This document shows positions 1-14,224 of a stretch of 64,000 bases of DNA, piece after piece. Positions within the stretch are counted from its first letter, which is position 1, and every line of letters starts with the position of its first letter. This stretch comes from Harriotta raleighana (taxonomy: Eukaryota), in contig JBNZDD010013677.1 of NCBI GenBank assembly GCA_050575255.1, positions 1,640,770-1,704,769 on the forward strand, given 5' to 3'. The position numbers and the translations under genes are program-made. The notes under the pieces are model-generated. The model ran no database searches. It had not been told where the DNA came from and saw only the letters and a list, made by a program, of their open reading frames with translations.

Positions 1-110
1 GTCTTGAATGAGGCAAGGGAGGGAGCGAGGCGAACGGACTATGGGATTGAGTTCCAGAGTATGGGGGCAGAGAGGCTGAAAACTCCTCCACCGATGGTAG
101 GGCGGGTCAC
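1..110 (-). mobile_element. L2 LINE 3' fragment
   Basis: Reverse complement matches the L2 3' region seen at 28700-28860 and 63820-63930. Confidence 0.6.
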
Positions 111-329
111 TGAGCATGATGCAATGAGCCAGGTGGAAACCACTCATGAATGCATAAGAATTTGCTTAGTGAGAGAACACTAAGGTCCATTTAGTTCGCC
201 TTCCTGGCAATTGCTTGACATGTCATGTCCCTTACTGTATCGCAAAATATTATTTTCTAGCAGAAATCTATCTTTTTTTTCTTGAAAGAAACAACATTTT
301 CTGCTTCCACTGTCTCCCTTGGAAGCCTG

Positions 330-462
330 ATCCATAAGTTCACAAATGTTACCCTCCAGAGAGCTAGACATTTATTTGGGGAGGACGGGTTTACGTGGTT
401 ATGGGGAGAGAGCACAGAATCGATGGGCTGAATGGCCTCCTTTTGTGCCATATGATTCTAAG
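330..462 (+). mobile_element. CR1 LINE 3' end fragment
   Basis: gatgggctgaatggcctcctt...tatgattcta terminal motif. Confidence 0.65.
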
Positions 463-686
463 TGCAATCCCACAGCGAGTAAGTTTGGGAAAGGATGGCA
501 GCAATCCTTGTAAACATGTGTGCCTTGTAGCAACAGACACAATGAGTTCACACCACACACAGTCACTAAAGAGATGCCAGAGGGCATCTGATCTGGCAGT
601 CACAAGCTGAGTGTAGCAGGTGTAAGAGTGAACCGTTGTCAGCACATTTCACAGAGGTGTTAACCCATGTATTAACAATCATTTGA

Positions 687-830
<144 letters not shown>

Positions 831-1759
831 TGATATGACTAGAACATTTGGTCTCATAGGACTAGAAAATGTCTATCTGAAATATGTTCAGCTTTCACTC
901 ACCAATCATACATTACCTTATAACCAGTTCCTTGGTGTCACACCTCTCACATCAGCAAGGGGTCTCAAAGCGCTTCACAGAGATTACAGTCAGTTCACTT
1001 TACAGTATATTCTGTGAAGGATTATTATGGTAAAGTACCTGTTGAGATTCTGAAAACAGAAATGCTGGAAACGTACCGTCAGTCGGTCAGAATCTGATGA
1101 TATATTCCAGAAGTGAATTTTGAGGCAGAGCCAAACTTAAAATGATATCCTCTGCTTCTCAATCATAGGTAGCGCTCTGTTTACGTGCTCTGAGACAGTA
1201 CCCAACATAAAGAGCACTATGTAAATGCAATTGTTCTTGTTGTTCATATTTTCAGCATTGAGACATTGTCTTCTTAACCTTGTTATTTTATCTAAGTGAG
1301 TTCTCCTTGGAGCTGAAATATAAGATGACCTGCCTGGCCACAGAATGTTGGACTCCAGCTAACCTTCTGTGGCAGTCTTGGTAGTCCAGTTCCTCAGTCT
1401 GGAAGATCCATAATATCAGTGGCAAGATATGGGGTTTGAGCTAGTTAGAATCCAGCAGTTACCCCAACCACTTTCTGGGAGCATCAAGCCCTGACTCTTG
1501 CCAAACTGCGCCTAATACTTTCCTGAATTAGGTAAACATGATGCGTTCCTGCAGGGAAAGAAAGTTTGTTCCATTCTGACAATTTATCTCTGGGATTTCC
1601 ATATATAGGTTGGATGCATGGATTTCTCAGTTTGATTTGGAAACTCTTAAGCATGGTGATCGATTTTCACATGTATCAAACACCCGGCTGACCTAAGCAA
1701 ATTATTATTTGACCCATTCTTGGGCATACACTGGTGACTGTTCATTATCTCTGCTGCAG

Positions 1760-1855
1760 GGAATCCTGGGTTCAGGGTTTGCTCTGAAGGTTCAAGAACA
1801 ACATCGACAAAAGCACTTTGAGAAAAGAAGGACACCAGCTGCCAACCTCATTCAG
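1760..1855 (+). CDS. KCNQ4: KCNQ4 exon: end of S6 and helix A ([32 protein letters not shown])
   Basis: ctgcag| acceptor, CAG|gtaatt donor, 96 nt, conserved KCNQ motif. Confidence 0.96.
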
Positions 1856-2989
1856 GTAATTGGATATCGCATGTGAATGCCTAGGCTTTGAGAAAGGAAT
1901 TGAAGGAAGCCATGGGGAACATTGGGGAAAAATAAAGGTACAGATAGGTGACCCTGTATGTCTAGGGTTACACCAGAGCAAAGGACACTGAGGTGCTTTG
2001 GTTTCACTTAACCTCTACTTAAATTCTCCATGGACATCGGGCATCAGGCATGTATGTTTCAGTGGAGATGCTAGTTAGCACTACCTAACTAGACAGACAT
2101 GCCTATTTTAACATTAAACTGCTGGTCACTATTCTGAAATCAATCAATCTTGATGGACTCAAAATGACTGGATGCAAATACAGGCTGAACTCCATGTTAG
2201 AAGTTACAAATACAAACTTACATGTTGATATATATTTATAACACCTTTCACATCGGGAACTTGTCACAAGTCCAGGGTTTGCACCCCACGATTGCCAGGA
2301 GATAGAGGGAGTTGGATTTCACTAGCGATAATGAAACCCCACCCACCCACCCTTCTTTTAACTTACATATTTATTAACTTTCTTTTTTAAAGCTATTATA
2401 GATTGTTCCTGAACCAGAGTTCCCAGTAGGGCTTTCCAATATTTAACAGCTCAGTGCATGAAAATATTTCTCCTATTCTATCCTGCTTGCAAAATATATT
2501 AAATTGATGCCCTCCAGTCACTGGCACACTTACCATTGCCATAGTTCAGCTGCTGAAAATTATTTGTGTCACATTAGCCTTAAGTACCAAGGTTTTGAGG
2601 GTTCGCTGACAGAGAGTGAATGTGAAAGATTGAATGGGAACGCAGCAGAATATGTGATGCCAGGCAATATGTGAGGCTTTCTGTTTGCGGATTGAGAAAG
2701 AAACATAATAGCTCACTGCATGAATGGACTGTATAAACCTCTGCATCAAATGCTGGCTGCAATCCATGACTTCATCTCCATTTCCTTGGCTCTCGATAAG
2801 AGCAAAAATAATCTTCCCTGACAATTAGTGGTTTCTATTCATGTGCAACCCAGAATTGAGCTCACTTGAGAAATACTTGTGTAAAACATTAAGCAAAGTT
2901 ATATCTTAACAACTTGAACAGGTCATCAGAGTACCCACTTAAATCAAAGCAAGCATTATATTGTCTAATAATTTTTAGAGCATTCATCT

Positions 2990-3315
2990 CACAAGAGAGA
3001 GGATCCAGGTTCAATTCTCTTGCAGGAAGAAACTTTAGGCAAGATCCCTTATTCCACATGCCTGTTTACCTCACAGTATATAGGAAACCGGTTGGTAGTC
3101 AATAGGTGGATCGCTTTCTGGAAGCAATAATGCCATAAATATTTATTTTTTAATTTGGTCACTCAATCCGTGACTGTTTGCAGGACAATGCAATTGGCTG
3201 CCACATTTCGCCCACAAAATATAAAGTCAATCCTCTTTACAGTATATTCTGTGATAGTGGTTTTAGACATCTTAAAGATGTGATAAGCCGCTATATCAAA
3301 TGAGGGGATTATTAA
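2990..3315 (+). mobile_element. tRNA-derived SINE (Deu-domain-like core, L2-like tail)
   Basis: B box GGTTCAATTC at about 3008, core caattggctgcc...tttacagtatattctgtga, tail gattatta. Confidence 0.7.
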
Positions 3316-4768
3316 TACTATATAATGGTTTACCATACATAAAGTCATATGTGTAGAATTTAAAACATTCTAAAATGTGAGTTTTTTCCTTTTGTCTATC
3401 CCTGATCACCATGAAATGTACTAGAAAATGCTCTTTATGGCGAAAGACAAAATCATGCAGATGTTGGAAATCTAAAAAAAAAACAGAAATCACTAGGAAC
3501 ACCCAAGTCAGGCAGCAGTCAGGAAATTTAGTTAACATTTCAGGTCGATGACCTCGTCAGAACTGACATTCAGTCCATCCAGTCTCCGCAGATGTTTTCT
3601 TTACTTTAAAGTACCCCATAGAACACAATGATTTCTGTTTTGCTGAACTAAGAAGTGGGGGATCGTGTTGTAGAAGGAAGAAGATAAGGATTGAGTAGTG
3701 GAAATATGATCATGAATGATTTTTTTTGGTAGTTTTTGCTCGACTGTGTATCTATACAATAGAGTTTTGAATTAACTTTTCAAAACTTATTCTGTAAAAG
3801 AGCCATATCCAGAAGGTTTTACTAATCTGTCTTCGTTACTTGGATAATCAGTTTTTGCTACAATAGACTTTATCTCATGAATCTGCCCAGTTCTAATCCC
3901 AATTTCAGAAGAATTCCCGCCCTCTACTGTACAGTGCAATATGTTCCATTTCCCACACTTGTGACCTCTGTTTTTACACTTATAAATCCTGGGGGATTAC
4001 AAAGCTGGATCAAGAGAGGGATTCAGGAACCTTAAAGAACAACAAGAGCAACAGCTAACTTTGGTATAACACTTGGCTCCTTGCTTGTATAAAGGAGAGG
4101 AAACATCATCCTTGTTAATGATCCTTAGTCCCCCCCACCCACTGTAAACCATTGGCTGTCCACTGTATGGACATTGAATTGAGACAGTTTCAGACTCGCT
4201 GTGTCATCCTCTCCTCCTATGCCATCCAGCTGGTACACCTGCTCTTCTGGCCAGCTACCAGAAAATGCCAGTATCAAAAATTATTCCCAATAAAGGAGAG
4301 AAAGGGAGCAGGAAGATATTCATTTCAGAATTAAAAATCTCCTTAGGACACATGTCACAGCAAACATATCCATTCATAACCCTCAGAACCAAAGCCAACA
4401 TGATTGGATTAGTCATTGGAGATGCATCCCACACAACTGTCGGATTTTGTGTTATGTTTCAGAATAATTCTGATCACTACCAGTCTCTTCACTGCCTATA
4501 CATCATAACGCCTCTCCCTGGGGCAGTTGTCAGCAACAGCATGGGTATTATTGGAACAATATGACCAAAGAATAGTATGTGGAAGACAATTTTAAAATAA
4601 CTAGGGGAATGAACAATCAGGATGGGTTTCAGGAAGGGTTGCAGAGGCCAAAACACCAAACATATTTCAGATATAACTTGATACTGCAATGGGAGGACAG
4701 GAGGGTGGGTGTACTGGAAAGAGGAGATCAAACAAGCCAAAGGGTATCTATCCTTCGTTCCAATCTGA

Positions 4769-4981
<213 letters not shown>

Positions 4982-5289
4982 TAAAGTAACAGTACTTTTA
5001 TTAACCTGGCTTTGCAAGAAAAACTACTTGTTTTTTGTTTATTCCCACAACTTTGGTATTTTCTGTGTGATCTTTCGGGTGAAGAGAGAGTATTTGTTTG
5101 GTGGCTTGCTGGACTCTATCCTTTCTCAACCCACCCCCCCCCTCCCTTCAACCCACCCCCCGTCTCCATCCAACCCAACCCTATTAAGAAATACACCTGC
5201 AGGATAAACAATGGCATCTCATTAACTTTGGTAAACATATAGACAATTCCTGGAGTATTTATTTGACTGATTGTATGTGTGCTTGTGAA

Positions 5290-5900
5290 TAGTAGGATAA
5301 ATAGCATTGAGGAAGATCTGAACCAATAAAGTGGATAGAACAAAGAATGGCAGATGTAGTTTCCTCTTGGTAAAAACAGGTAATGGAAATTATGAAAAGA
5401 AGCTAACATGTACACAGTTGTTTTGTGTTCATTAGCCAGGTGAAGGAAAATGATCTGGGTGTGATGATTCATTAGTCACTGAAGGTTTCCCATCTGAAGC
5501 TACTTCAACAAAGCTGCCAGCTCAATTACTAGATTACATCTTGAGGATATTTTACTAAATTGAAAGAGATTATTCCAACCTTGTAGAGATCACCGGTGAA
5601 GTCATATTTGAATGCATGTTTAGATCGTTTACCCACAAAAGAGATTGAAGTGTTGTGAAGAGATGTGAATCTAAAATTCTGAGGAGAGCAAAAAGATGGA
5701 TTGTTCTCATTAGAAAAAAGAAGATTGAGGGGAGCATGATCCAGGTCATTAAATGCTGAGAGGCAAGGATAATATAGTTGTCAGCCGGTTACCTCAGGGC
5801 AAAACTGAAGGTTTAATATTTGAAAAGTCTCCAGCAGGGCTAGAGATTCAAATCAATTCAGACAAAGATTACATGATACAGATACCCAACCCACTGATGC
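5290..5900 (+). mobile_element. Highly decayed CR1 LINE ORF2 fragment
   Basis: Residual similarity to CR1 segments such as gaatggcagatg and ttagaaaaaagaagattgagggga. Confidence 0.45.
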
Positions 5901-7024
5901 TGTGTCAATTAACTGTTTCAAAACCAAATGGATGTGGATCTAGCTAAGAAGAGTATTGGAGGATTTCAGATCAATTGTGGAATGAAATGCATAAATACTC
6001 CACAGAACGTAATGATTTCTGTTCTGTCGAACTAAGGTGTGGGGAGCTCACTGGATAATAGTGTTGTAGAGGGAGAAAGAACAGGGCTGAGCAGTGGAAG
6101 TATGAGGATAAATGATTTTTCTAGAGTTGGCTAGAGTATAAGATCATATGTACAGCACACTTTGTGTGTCTGACACCCTGCCCAATGAGAACATGGGCAG
6201 GGTATAATATTACACAATCCAAATCAAGTGTGTGTTGGTACCTTGTTTATTTACACAAGGAAATAGAGTTGAGTGAGATGCAATAATAGTTTGGCTCTGG
6301 AAGGAGCAGGCTTGATAGGATGAATGGCTTTCCTGTTTCAAGCTTCAAGTTTCTATCCAGTTTCTTATGAGTGCATTGTGATCCTGAGCCATGCAAACTT
6401 TAAAGTTACCTTGTTTCTGCCAGAACAAAGGGTGGAGAAGATTACACAGTAATTCAGGTTATATATGTGGTCATTAGATGAAGACAGAGTAAGGTTTGCT
6501 CCCTGCCATTGTTAAACATTGTCTAAAGAAACTCATCAGAAATTCGCACAGACGGACATAGCATAATCAGGAAAGGAGGGAAGAAAATTCAAAAAATAAT
6601 GACAACAACAAAATTACACTTATAGAGTGCCTTTCATGTCAGGAGGACTTCCCAGGGCGCTGGTTCCTATCCTCTATAGTCCTTAATTTGGGGGTTTAGC
6701 GCTCCCTGCAAACAAACCAGTGTCCATGGTGAACCAAAGGGATATTCTCTCTTTCTCTCTCTCTGTCTGTTTTGTATTCTGCTGTTTTATTCCTAATTTA
6801 CTCGCTGACAAATACAGACTTTGTGTGTCTGACAGCCCTGCCCAATGAGAACATTGGCAGGGTGAAATATTATACAATCCAAATCAAGTGTGTGTTGGTA
6901 CCTTGTTTATTTGCCAACCGAACTCTCAATAATCCACTTCTCTAAACCACACACCTTGTCCCACTCCCAGTGTACTTTTGTACTTCCTGCCCTTCTTCTC
7001 ATTTGCCCTTTCGTTAATCATCAA

Positions 7025-7460
7025 TTTCTAATAATAATAATAATCCTTAGATTTATATAGCGCTTTCCACATCTTATCGACATCCCAAAGCGCCTTACAG
7101 AATACGACAACATCCCAAAATAGGGACCAGAGCAGGGGGTGGGGGGAGGGATCAGGGTAGGGAGAAAAAAGGGGGAAGAAAGGGGGGAAAGGGTGGGGGC
7201 CAGAGCAGGGTGGAGGGGTTGTGGTAGTGAGGAGTAGGAAAATTGACTGTACATTTGTGGGCGAAACGCGGCAGCCAAATTGCGCACAGCAGTGTCCCAC
7301 AAACAGTCGTGGAAGTGAGGGGGCCAGGGATGAAAGGGGGTAAGGGGGGGGGTCGGGGTAAGGAGAAGAGAGCAGGAAAACCAGGTGTATATTTGGGGGC
7401 AAAATGCGGCAGCCAAATTGCTCACAGCAGTGTCCCACAGACACGGAAATGGGGCCGGGG
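7025..7460 (-). mobile_element. SINE-derived composite with duplicated core and purine-rich inserts
   Basis: Two copies of gcggcagccaaattgc.cacagcagtgtcccaca (about 7268 and 7406) and an (AAT)n tail at about 7030. Similar arrangement at 46879-47105. Confidence 0.65.
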
Positions 7461-9574
7461 GAGAAAGGGGGAAAAGATGGCAAAGGGGGAGACGTTGCAT
7501 AACACGTTGCATAATAATACAGCTATAATGTAATTAGTGTATGGATTTACTAAAAAAAATCAATTTGCAGTGCATGCAATCACACACACCCCTTTAACAA
7601 CAACTTCTTGGTATTATATAGGGCCCTCCACGCCAGATGGAGTCTCAGAGTGCTTCACAATAACGGATCCCGGGGCCGAGCGAGGGGGANTGAAGAGTAG
7701 CCAATATGGGGCAGCGAGCCTGCCAGGTACCTCCTCCCCGTTCCACACTGTCCTGGATTGTGTAAAATAACACCTTTCAACAACAAAAAATGCTGTAAAT
7801 TGGTGACTATATATCCCATGTATTTTCCAGGAAGCACTTGTAACTCGACAGGGATGTTTAATCAGTTGTTACGATTGTTGCGTACGAGTGCCAAACCCAG
7901 AGTGAAAGCAGGGACTCCTAACTCTGCCATCCATCATGTTTAGAAGTCATAGAAATTACAGCACAGACGATGGAGGTTTCAGCTCATTCACCAAAGATAT
8001 CCCCTCTAATTCCAATCCTCGTACCCTTTATCCATTCTTCGTCTTCAAACATTTATCCAATTCACTGTTAAATGTGATTAAACTCCAAGCCTTAACTGAC
8101 CCTTGTGGTAAAATATTGTATATTGCAATACCTCACTGCATGTTAAACTTACTTACACATTTGCTAATTCTTTGAACAACTCAATTTTACCCCTGACTAT
8201 TATATTTATTTGCATTCAGTAATGAAATCCCAATGATTGGGCACAGAGAGAAGCCACAGCCTGTGAAATTGGATCCTTGGAGGATTAATCATCCATGGAA
8301 TCTACACTACACAATAGTCACTGTTGGTCCTCCAACAAGAGTTTGGTGTGTTAAATGTCATGAGATCACTAATTTACCACAGTTGTTAAGTGGCATCGTA
8401 GGGGTTAATTAATACATCCCAAATTGCTGGTGTCATCCCCACTGTAAAGCCATTGTACAGTGTCGGATCCCGTGTGTGTATTCAATGGAAGGTTGACAAT
8501 CAAATCAATGTAGGAAGATTTTAAGATGACTCTTAAGATGCATCCAATGCAGATGGCATTGGTGTCAATGCAGAGAAAGAGAGAGAGCATTGCCACCATC
8601 CTCTATCCGCAGCTCAAACACAGACTGAACCATTCACCATACTGGAAGAAGCTGTGAGTCAGACCCTCATTAATAAACCAACCTTTCTTCATTTGGCTGC
8701 TTGAGACTAATAGCCAACCCCTTGAAAATTAACCACTACTTTTGGATTTCTAGATCAGATAGAGTGATTAATTGTCATATGAAGGAAGCCATCAATAAGT
8801 GGTAACTCAAATTTAGAAAGCTACTATTCCTGGGGGCAATTATGTTTAAATAATCTTAGCTAAGATTAACTAGCGGATTGACTCAATGGGCCGAATGATC
8901 TTTGTCTGTGCTGTAAACTTTCTATCTTCATAACTAGATTAAACAACTCCAATGCAGAAGCCACCACCACAGACACGATGGGATGAATGGCCTCCTCCTG
9001 AGCTGAAATGTCTTTGTCTCTATTTTCTCTGATTGTATTTTGATTAAGATTATGTATTTTAAATGGAAAATACATATTTTAAAAATATTTTTATAGCAAT
9101 CTCCTGCATTTGGCTTGTGAAATAATATGTCACCAGGACTCACATTGGTCACGGTGTTGGATTGCTGGGGGGTTAGGCTACATTGTATTACTTGCAGATC
9201 TCCACTCTAAACCCAGTGAAGCTGCCTTCCTCCACATGTTCACTTCCGGACTATGCTGTAACATGACTAACTTCCTCTTTAATTCCAGCCTTTGTTTGCT
9301 GCATGTCCAACTCCTTTTGGAATTACTCAGCTACGATTCCTCTGATTTTCTTTCCACGCTAATATCTTTTTTCAGTCAAACTAGCTTGGAGCAATTGGAA
9401 GCATTTCTGTGAATCTCCATAGAGTCTGCTCATTGGTGACATTATCTGCTATGCTGCTATACTTCCTCTCCAGTGTCTGTCTCCCTTCTCAATCAGACTC
9501 TTGCATTACCCCTACAATTTCATATGTCAAATTAAACTCAGTTAAGAGGAGGATCTTTTGAGGTTAAGAGCTCA

Positions 9575-9980
9575 TCTTAAATTAGAGCAGAGAAGGTTAC
9601 GCGGGGACCTGATAGAGGTCTTCAAGATCATGAAAGGTTTTGACAGGCTAGATAGGGAAAAGCTGTTTCCGCTGGTAGGTGTGTCTGTGACCTGTGGTCA
9701 CAGTCTTAAGATATCTACCAAAAGAAGCAGAGGGGAGGTTAGAATAAATTTTTTCACTCAAGAGAGTTGTTCGAATTTGGAATGATCTGCCTGAAGGGGT
9801 AGTGAGGTCCGATTCGATAGCAGCTTTTAAGAGAGAACTGGATAGGTGTCTGGGGCAGACAGGCTTGCAGGGTTATGGGGAGAAAGATGGTGATTGGGGT
9901 TAATAAAAGTGACATTGGTCTGTCAGAGAGTCAGCACAGACTCGATGGGCCGAATGGCCTCCTTCTGTGCCGTAACCTTC
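9575..9980 (+). mobile_element. CR1 LINE 3' end
   Basis: LEQRRLRGDLIEVFKIMKGFD ORF2 C-terminus, 3' UTR and (TTCTATGA)n tail. Confidence 0.9.
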
Positions 9981-10309
9981 TATGATTCTATGATTCTGTG
10001 AAAGGATACGAGAATGCAACCTAGGTAGAATATTGCAAGAGCACAAGCATCATTTCTAAACAATGTACAGAACCCATGTCAAACAGAACCTAATCAATGG
10101 TTTAGATTATGCAAGAAGCAGTTTCAGTAATCCAGATTATACTCAAACTGGGAAATGCCAAATATGGTTCCACCCAACAAAGTATCTTTTCTCCTCATAG
10201 TGCCTCTCTCATTTTACCAATGTAAGGAGTACGAACCCTGACCTGTAGCTTGGATAAGGTCAGCAGTGGAAAGCCCAATGTAGGGAGTATAGGAGGTACC
10301 ACATCATGC

Positions 10310-11080
10310 ACAGGCAGCTAATTAAGGTGGTAAACTGCAAAGATGAACAGGAAGACTTGAACATTCTTGGGAATTGGGCAGATAGATGGCTGATTAAACT
10401 CAATGTAGAGAAATACAAAATGCTTCACATGGGGAATAAAAACAAATCCAGGCAGAGAGCATTACTTAAATGTGAAGAAAGTAATCTGTACGGAAAATGA
10501 AAAGGACCTGGGGATCCTGATTTGATAATAAACTGAAGCTATCCCAACAGTGCTCGGTAGCATTGAGTAAGGCAAACCAGATGGTAGGCTGTATTCAAAG
10601 AACAATATTAAGATGAAATGGTTTGGTAATCCTGTCAATTTGTAACTCACTAGTTTGATCGCACTTGGAATACTGTGTACAGTTCTGATCACTACAATAT
10701 AAAAAGGATATTGCAACAATTGAGAGGAACAGAGGAGGGCGAATTGATTGCGGTCTTTAAAAATCTGAAGGTAATAGATAATTTAGACCATGATAACCTG
10801 TTTTGTCTTGTATTGAACATTAGACCCGATTGAAGGGGGGTACATTCAGAACAAATGTGTGCAAACATTCAGTGAGAGAGTAGTAAACTTATGGAACAGG
10901 CTCCCAAAGGGATAGTGGAAGTAGAAAATATCAAGAACAAATTAGATAGGTTTCTGCTAGAAAATAATATCTCAGAATACAGTATATGGTTTGATACACA
11001 ACATGTTAAGCCATCATCAGGATGGTGGAAGGCGAACTAGATGGACCTCGGCCTTCTTTCTCCAGTAATTCTTATGTTCT
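10310..11080 (+). mobile_element. Decayed CR1 LINE RT/3' fragment
   Basis: EDLNILGNWADRWLIKLNVEKYKMLHMG is a CR1 RT-downstream motif; ends in aattcttatgttctt. Confidence 0.75.
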
Positions 11081-11214
11081 TGTGTGTGTTTTGCAACGAG
11101 CAGCCTGAAACTGACAGTGCAGTGACTGAAACAGCTACCAGTGATCGTAGAATGTCCGAGTTAGTTTCATCAGCAGTTCAGGCATGCTCCTACCTTCTCT
11201 ATCTCATTCACTTG

Positions 11215-11400
11215 TGTGTCTCTCATTCTGTACGTGTGTGTGTTGTATGGGTTATGTGTGTCCCTCTCTCATTCACTCTGTGTGTGTGTGTGTGTGTGTT
11301 GTCGTCTGTACAAATTGTGTGTGTGTGTGTGTGTCTAGTATATGTGTCCCTTTCATTCGCTTTGAGTGTGTCTCACTCTGTTCCCTGTGAGTGCCACTCT
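11215..11400. repeat. (TG)n-rich microsatellite
   Basis: Direct reading. Confidence 0.85.
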
Positions 11401-11829
11401 CTATTTCTACTCCTAACATTGCATGTCTGAATATTAATTTTTATTTTACCACCTTGTTTACGCAAGAAACCTGTTCAAGGAAAAGGGTATCAGGGGAACT
11501 ATCACCTTAATGATCATTGAGGGACACCTATCCACTCGCTACCTGTCAGCTCTTTCACACCCACTTCACAAAGGACCAAATAGATATAGATCTCACTCTG
11601 AGGCTCTGAAAACTCTCACCAACATTTTCAAATAAACGGCATCATCTGAAATACTAACACACTCAATTGATTTTTGGTTTTGTTCTGAATTAAAGAGACG
11701 GTAAACAGGTGTGAATCATTCCTAATGGAGCTGCACTGGGAAGTTTCATGGTCCTTTCCACATCTAGCAAGGAAACTCCTAGTTGTAATTGGCTGAAGGT
11801 CCTGTGTCACCTCCAAGTCTTTGGTCAAC

Positions 11830-12185
11830 ACTGTGCAAGAGCACTTGGATTAGATTGGATACTCCCGGCCTTTGGATAAGATGTTAAACCGAGGGCCCAT
11901 CTGCCTGTCCAGGTGGATGTTAAAGATCCCAGGGAACTATTCGAAAAGAGAAGGGAGCTCCTCTCTCCCGATGTCCTGGTCGATGAATCCCCCAGATAAA
12001 ATTGGCCATTCACTCCAGGGCCGTTTATGGGACACTGCTGTGTGCAAACTAGCTGTTGCGTTTCGCCCACAAAACACAGAGTCAAAACTACTTTACAGTA
12101 CATCCTGTGAAGCGTCTTGAGACGTCTCCTCGATGTGTCTGGGCGCTGTATCAAAAGCAAGGATTATTATTTTATTATCATTATT
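11830..12185 (+). mobile_element. Deu-domain-like SINE
   Basis: gatgttaaaccgagggccc...ggatgttaaagatccca core, ctgctgtgtgcaaa and (ATT)n tail. Confidence 0.75.
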
Positions 12186-12835
12186 GAAGAACCACCTGGC
12201 ATTTTTAGATACATATTCACAGTTCGCCTCCAAGAATACATCTCTCCTCCTCCCTCTTCCCCTCCCCCCACAACAAAGGGTTTGATTGGTTGTTCTTCAG
12301 GGCAAAGGGCAGAGTGAATTAATTGTAATGTTAAAGACAGTCATTTCTGATCCCAAATCAGCAGTGGGTTGAATGAGCTAAATGGATATTATTAGTATTA
12401 GAACAGTTTGTGCCTAGTTTTAAGAGCACAAGATCCATGAGAAACACTTTAGAAAGTTCAATGCTGCCTATCTTGATAAATTGGCTCACTTTCCCCTCAC
12501 TTAATCACTCAGAATTGTACTTTATCAAGTACCCCACACCACCAGCTCCACTCACTTTCCAATCAGGATTAGGGGCCACTTTACTGGGTGAACGCCAGAG
12601 CCCACCATCTCCTGTGTCACACAGTCACTGGGCTTTTGGAGCACCTTTGCTACTTCAACATTTAATCTACAACAACAACTAAATTACATTTGTATAGAGC
12701 CTTTCAAGTCGGGAGGATGTTCTAATGTGATAGTTTTCCCAATAGCTCAGTTGCTGAAAGGTGATCTCTGTTGTGATTCTGAAACTGATCAGTTCTCTCC
12801 CTTGACCATGTGTCCCATCTCCCCCACACCCTGAG

Positions 12836-12877
12836 TTGGAGGAGGGAAGAGCCAAGCTTCCCAATTCTGTGTATGAT
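12836..12877 (+). CDS. KCNQ4: Candidate 42-nt KCNQ4 cassette exon (-WRREEPSFPILCM-)
   Basis: Pyrimidine-rich tract then ctgag| (weak), AT|gtatgg donor, open phase 2-2. Splice sites are weak, so this is a candidate only. Confidence 0.3.
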
Positions 12878-13153
12878 GTATGGCTATCAGGTGGGGACAC
12901 AGATTGCGTTTGGGACTGTGAGACTCCTCACAGACATCTCATGTTACCAATCACTGTCTAGGCTCACACATAATGAATTGTCACCTGAATGGATTTCAAA
13001 CCAAAATGGGGAAACGCACAGAGAGTTTGAGCAGGTTTGTCTGGATGCTTAAAAGTCAGACCATTGCAAACTACCGAGATACTGTCTCTTTAAATCCAAC
13101 TGTTGACTTTAGACGAGAATGATCGTTTTTCATTTATTAACATCAAACTCTAG

Positions 13154-13309
13154 AGAACTGGCAGTGATGCTGGAAATACTCAGTCGCTCTCGTAATGGTG
13201 GTGGACTCAGGCACTCAGACATCAAAAAATCACAGGACGAGTCCCCGCGGATACATGCATTTCATTCAGGTCAAAGACTAAATGTTCCACCCTATAATAT
13301 GGGCGAGAG
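13154..13309 (+). CDS. KCNQ4: KCNQ4 linker exon, 156 nt (-ELAVMLEILSRSRNGGGLRHSDIKKSQDESPRIHAFHSGQRLNVPPYNMGE-)
   Basis: aactctag| acceptor, AG|gtaggt donor, symmetric phase 2-2. Resembles human KCNQ4 ELALLFEHVQRARNGGLR...PGE. Confidence 0.85.
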
Positions 13310-13349
13310 GTAGGTGATCAATATATTTACCTGCAACTAAAACTCTCAT

Positions 13350-13712
13350 CTGTGTCTATGTATCTGTGTCTGTCTGTGTGTCTGTATTTGATTCTGTGTG
13401 TTTGTTCGTGTGTGTCAATCTGCACATGTTTATTGTGTCTGTGTGGTTGTTTCTGTGTGTCTGGATATGTCTGTTTGTTTCTGTGTATGTGTGTATCTGT
13501 GTGTGTCGCGTGTATGTATCTGTGTGTGTATATGTGGTGTCTGTATTTGTGAGTGTGTGTATGTGATGTGTGTATCTGTCTTTATGTGTGTGTGGTGTGT
13601 CTGTATTTGTGTGTGTGTGTGGTGTGTGTCTGTATTTGTGTGTGTGGTGTGTGTCTGTATTTGTGTGTGTGGTGTGTATGGTCTGTATCTGTGTGTGTGG
13701 TGTGTATGTATC
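13350..13712. repeat. Degenerate (TG)n / TGTATCTG simple repeat
   Basis: Direct reading; explains the Cys/Val-rich spurious ORFs. Confidence 0.9.
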
Positions 13713-14224
13713 TCTACAAATCCCATTCCGGTTGGTTCTCCCGCAGAGTTTTCAGAATGAAATTGACAACAAGGCTGTCTGGTTAGCATTATTGTGAGCA
13801 CTTGATTCCAGGCTGCAGATGGGCAGTTTAACATGCAATGTTAATGTCTTATCTGAATTTTAGAACAGTATCTGGTGAAGCTGGACTGAATCGCTGCAAC
13901 CCACCACTGGGACCAGCATTTCGCTGACAATTATCACATCACGTACCATCTTTACCAGTTATTTTAATTGTCATATTAATTAACATGATTGAATCATTAG
14001 CAGGTCTCTGGACAATAGCTGATGGTAGCTCTCTGATGATGCTGAGTAAATCCCAGGATATCGGTTTTGAAGCAGCCACTTACAATCTTGCCTGTTTGTG
14101 ATCAGTATACATCGAGCCAAGGACTGAGGGTGTGTGAGTTCATCTCCATCATCAGGGCAGAGACTACTCCAAACTGGGACTGAGACAACTATCCACTGAG
14201 CCAATCCCAAGAACCTTCAGTAAT

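Noticed and set aside
13352-13834. Cys/Val-rich or His/Thr-rich ORFs (also 33621-33902 and 62077-62694)
   Set aside because: Translations of microsatellites.
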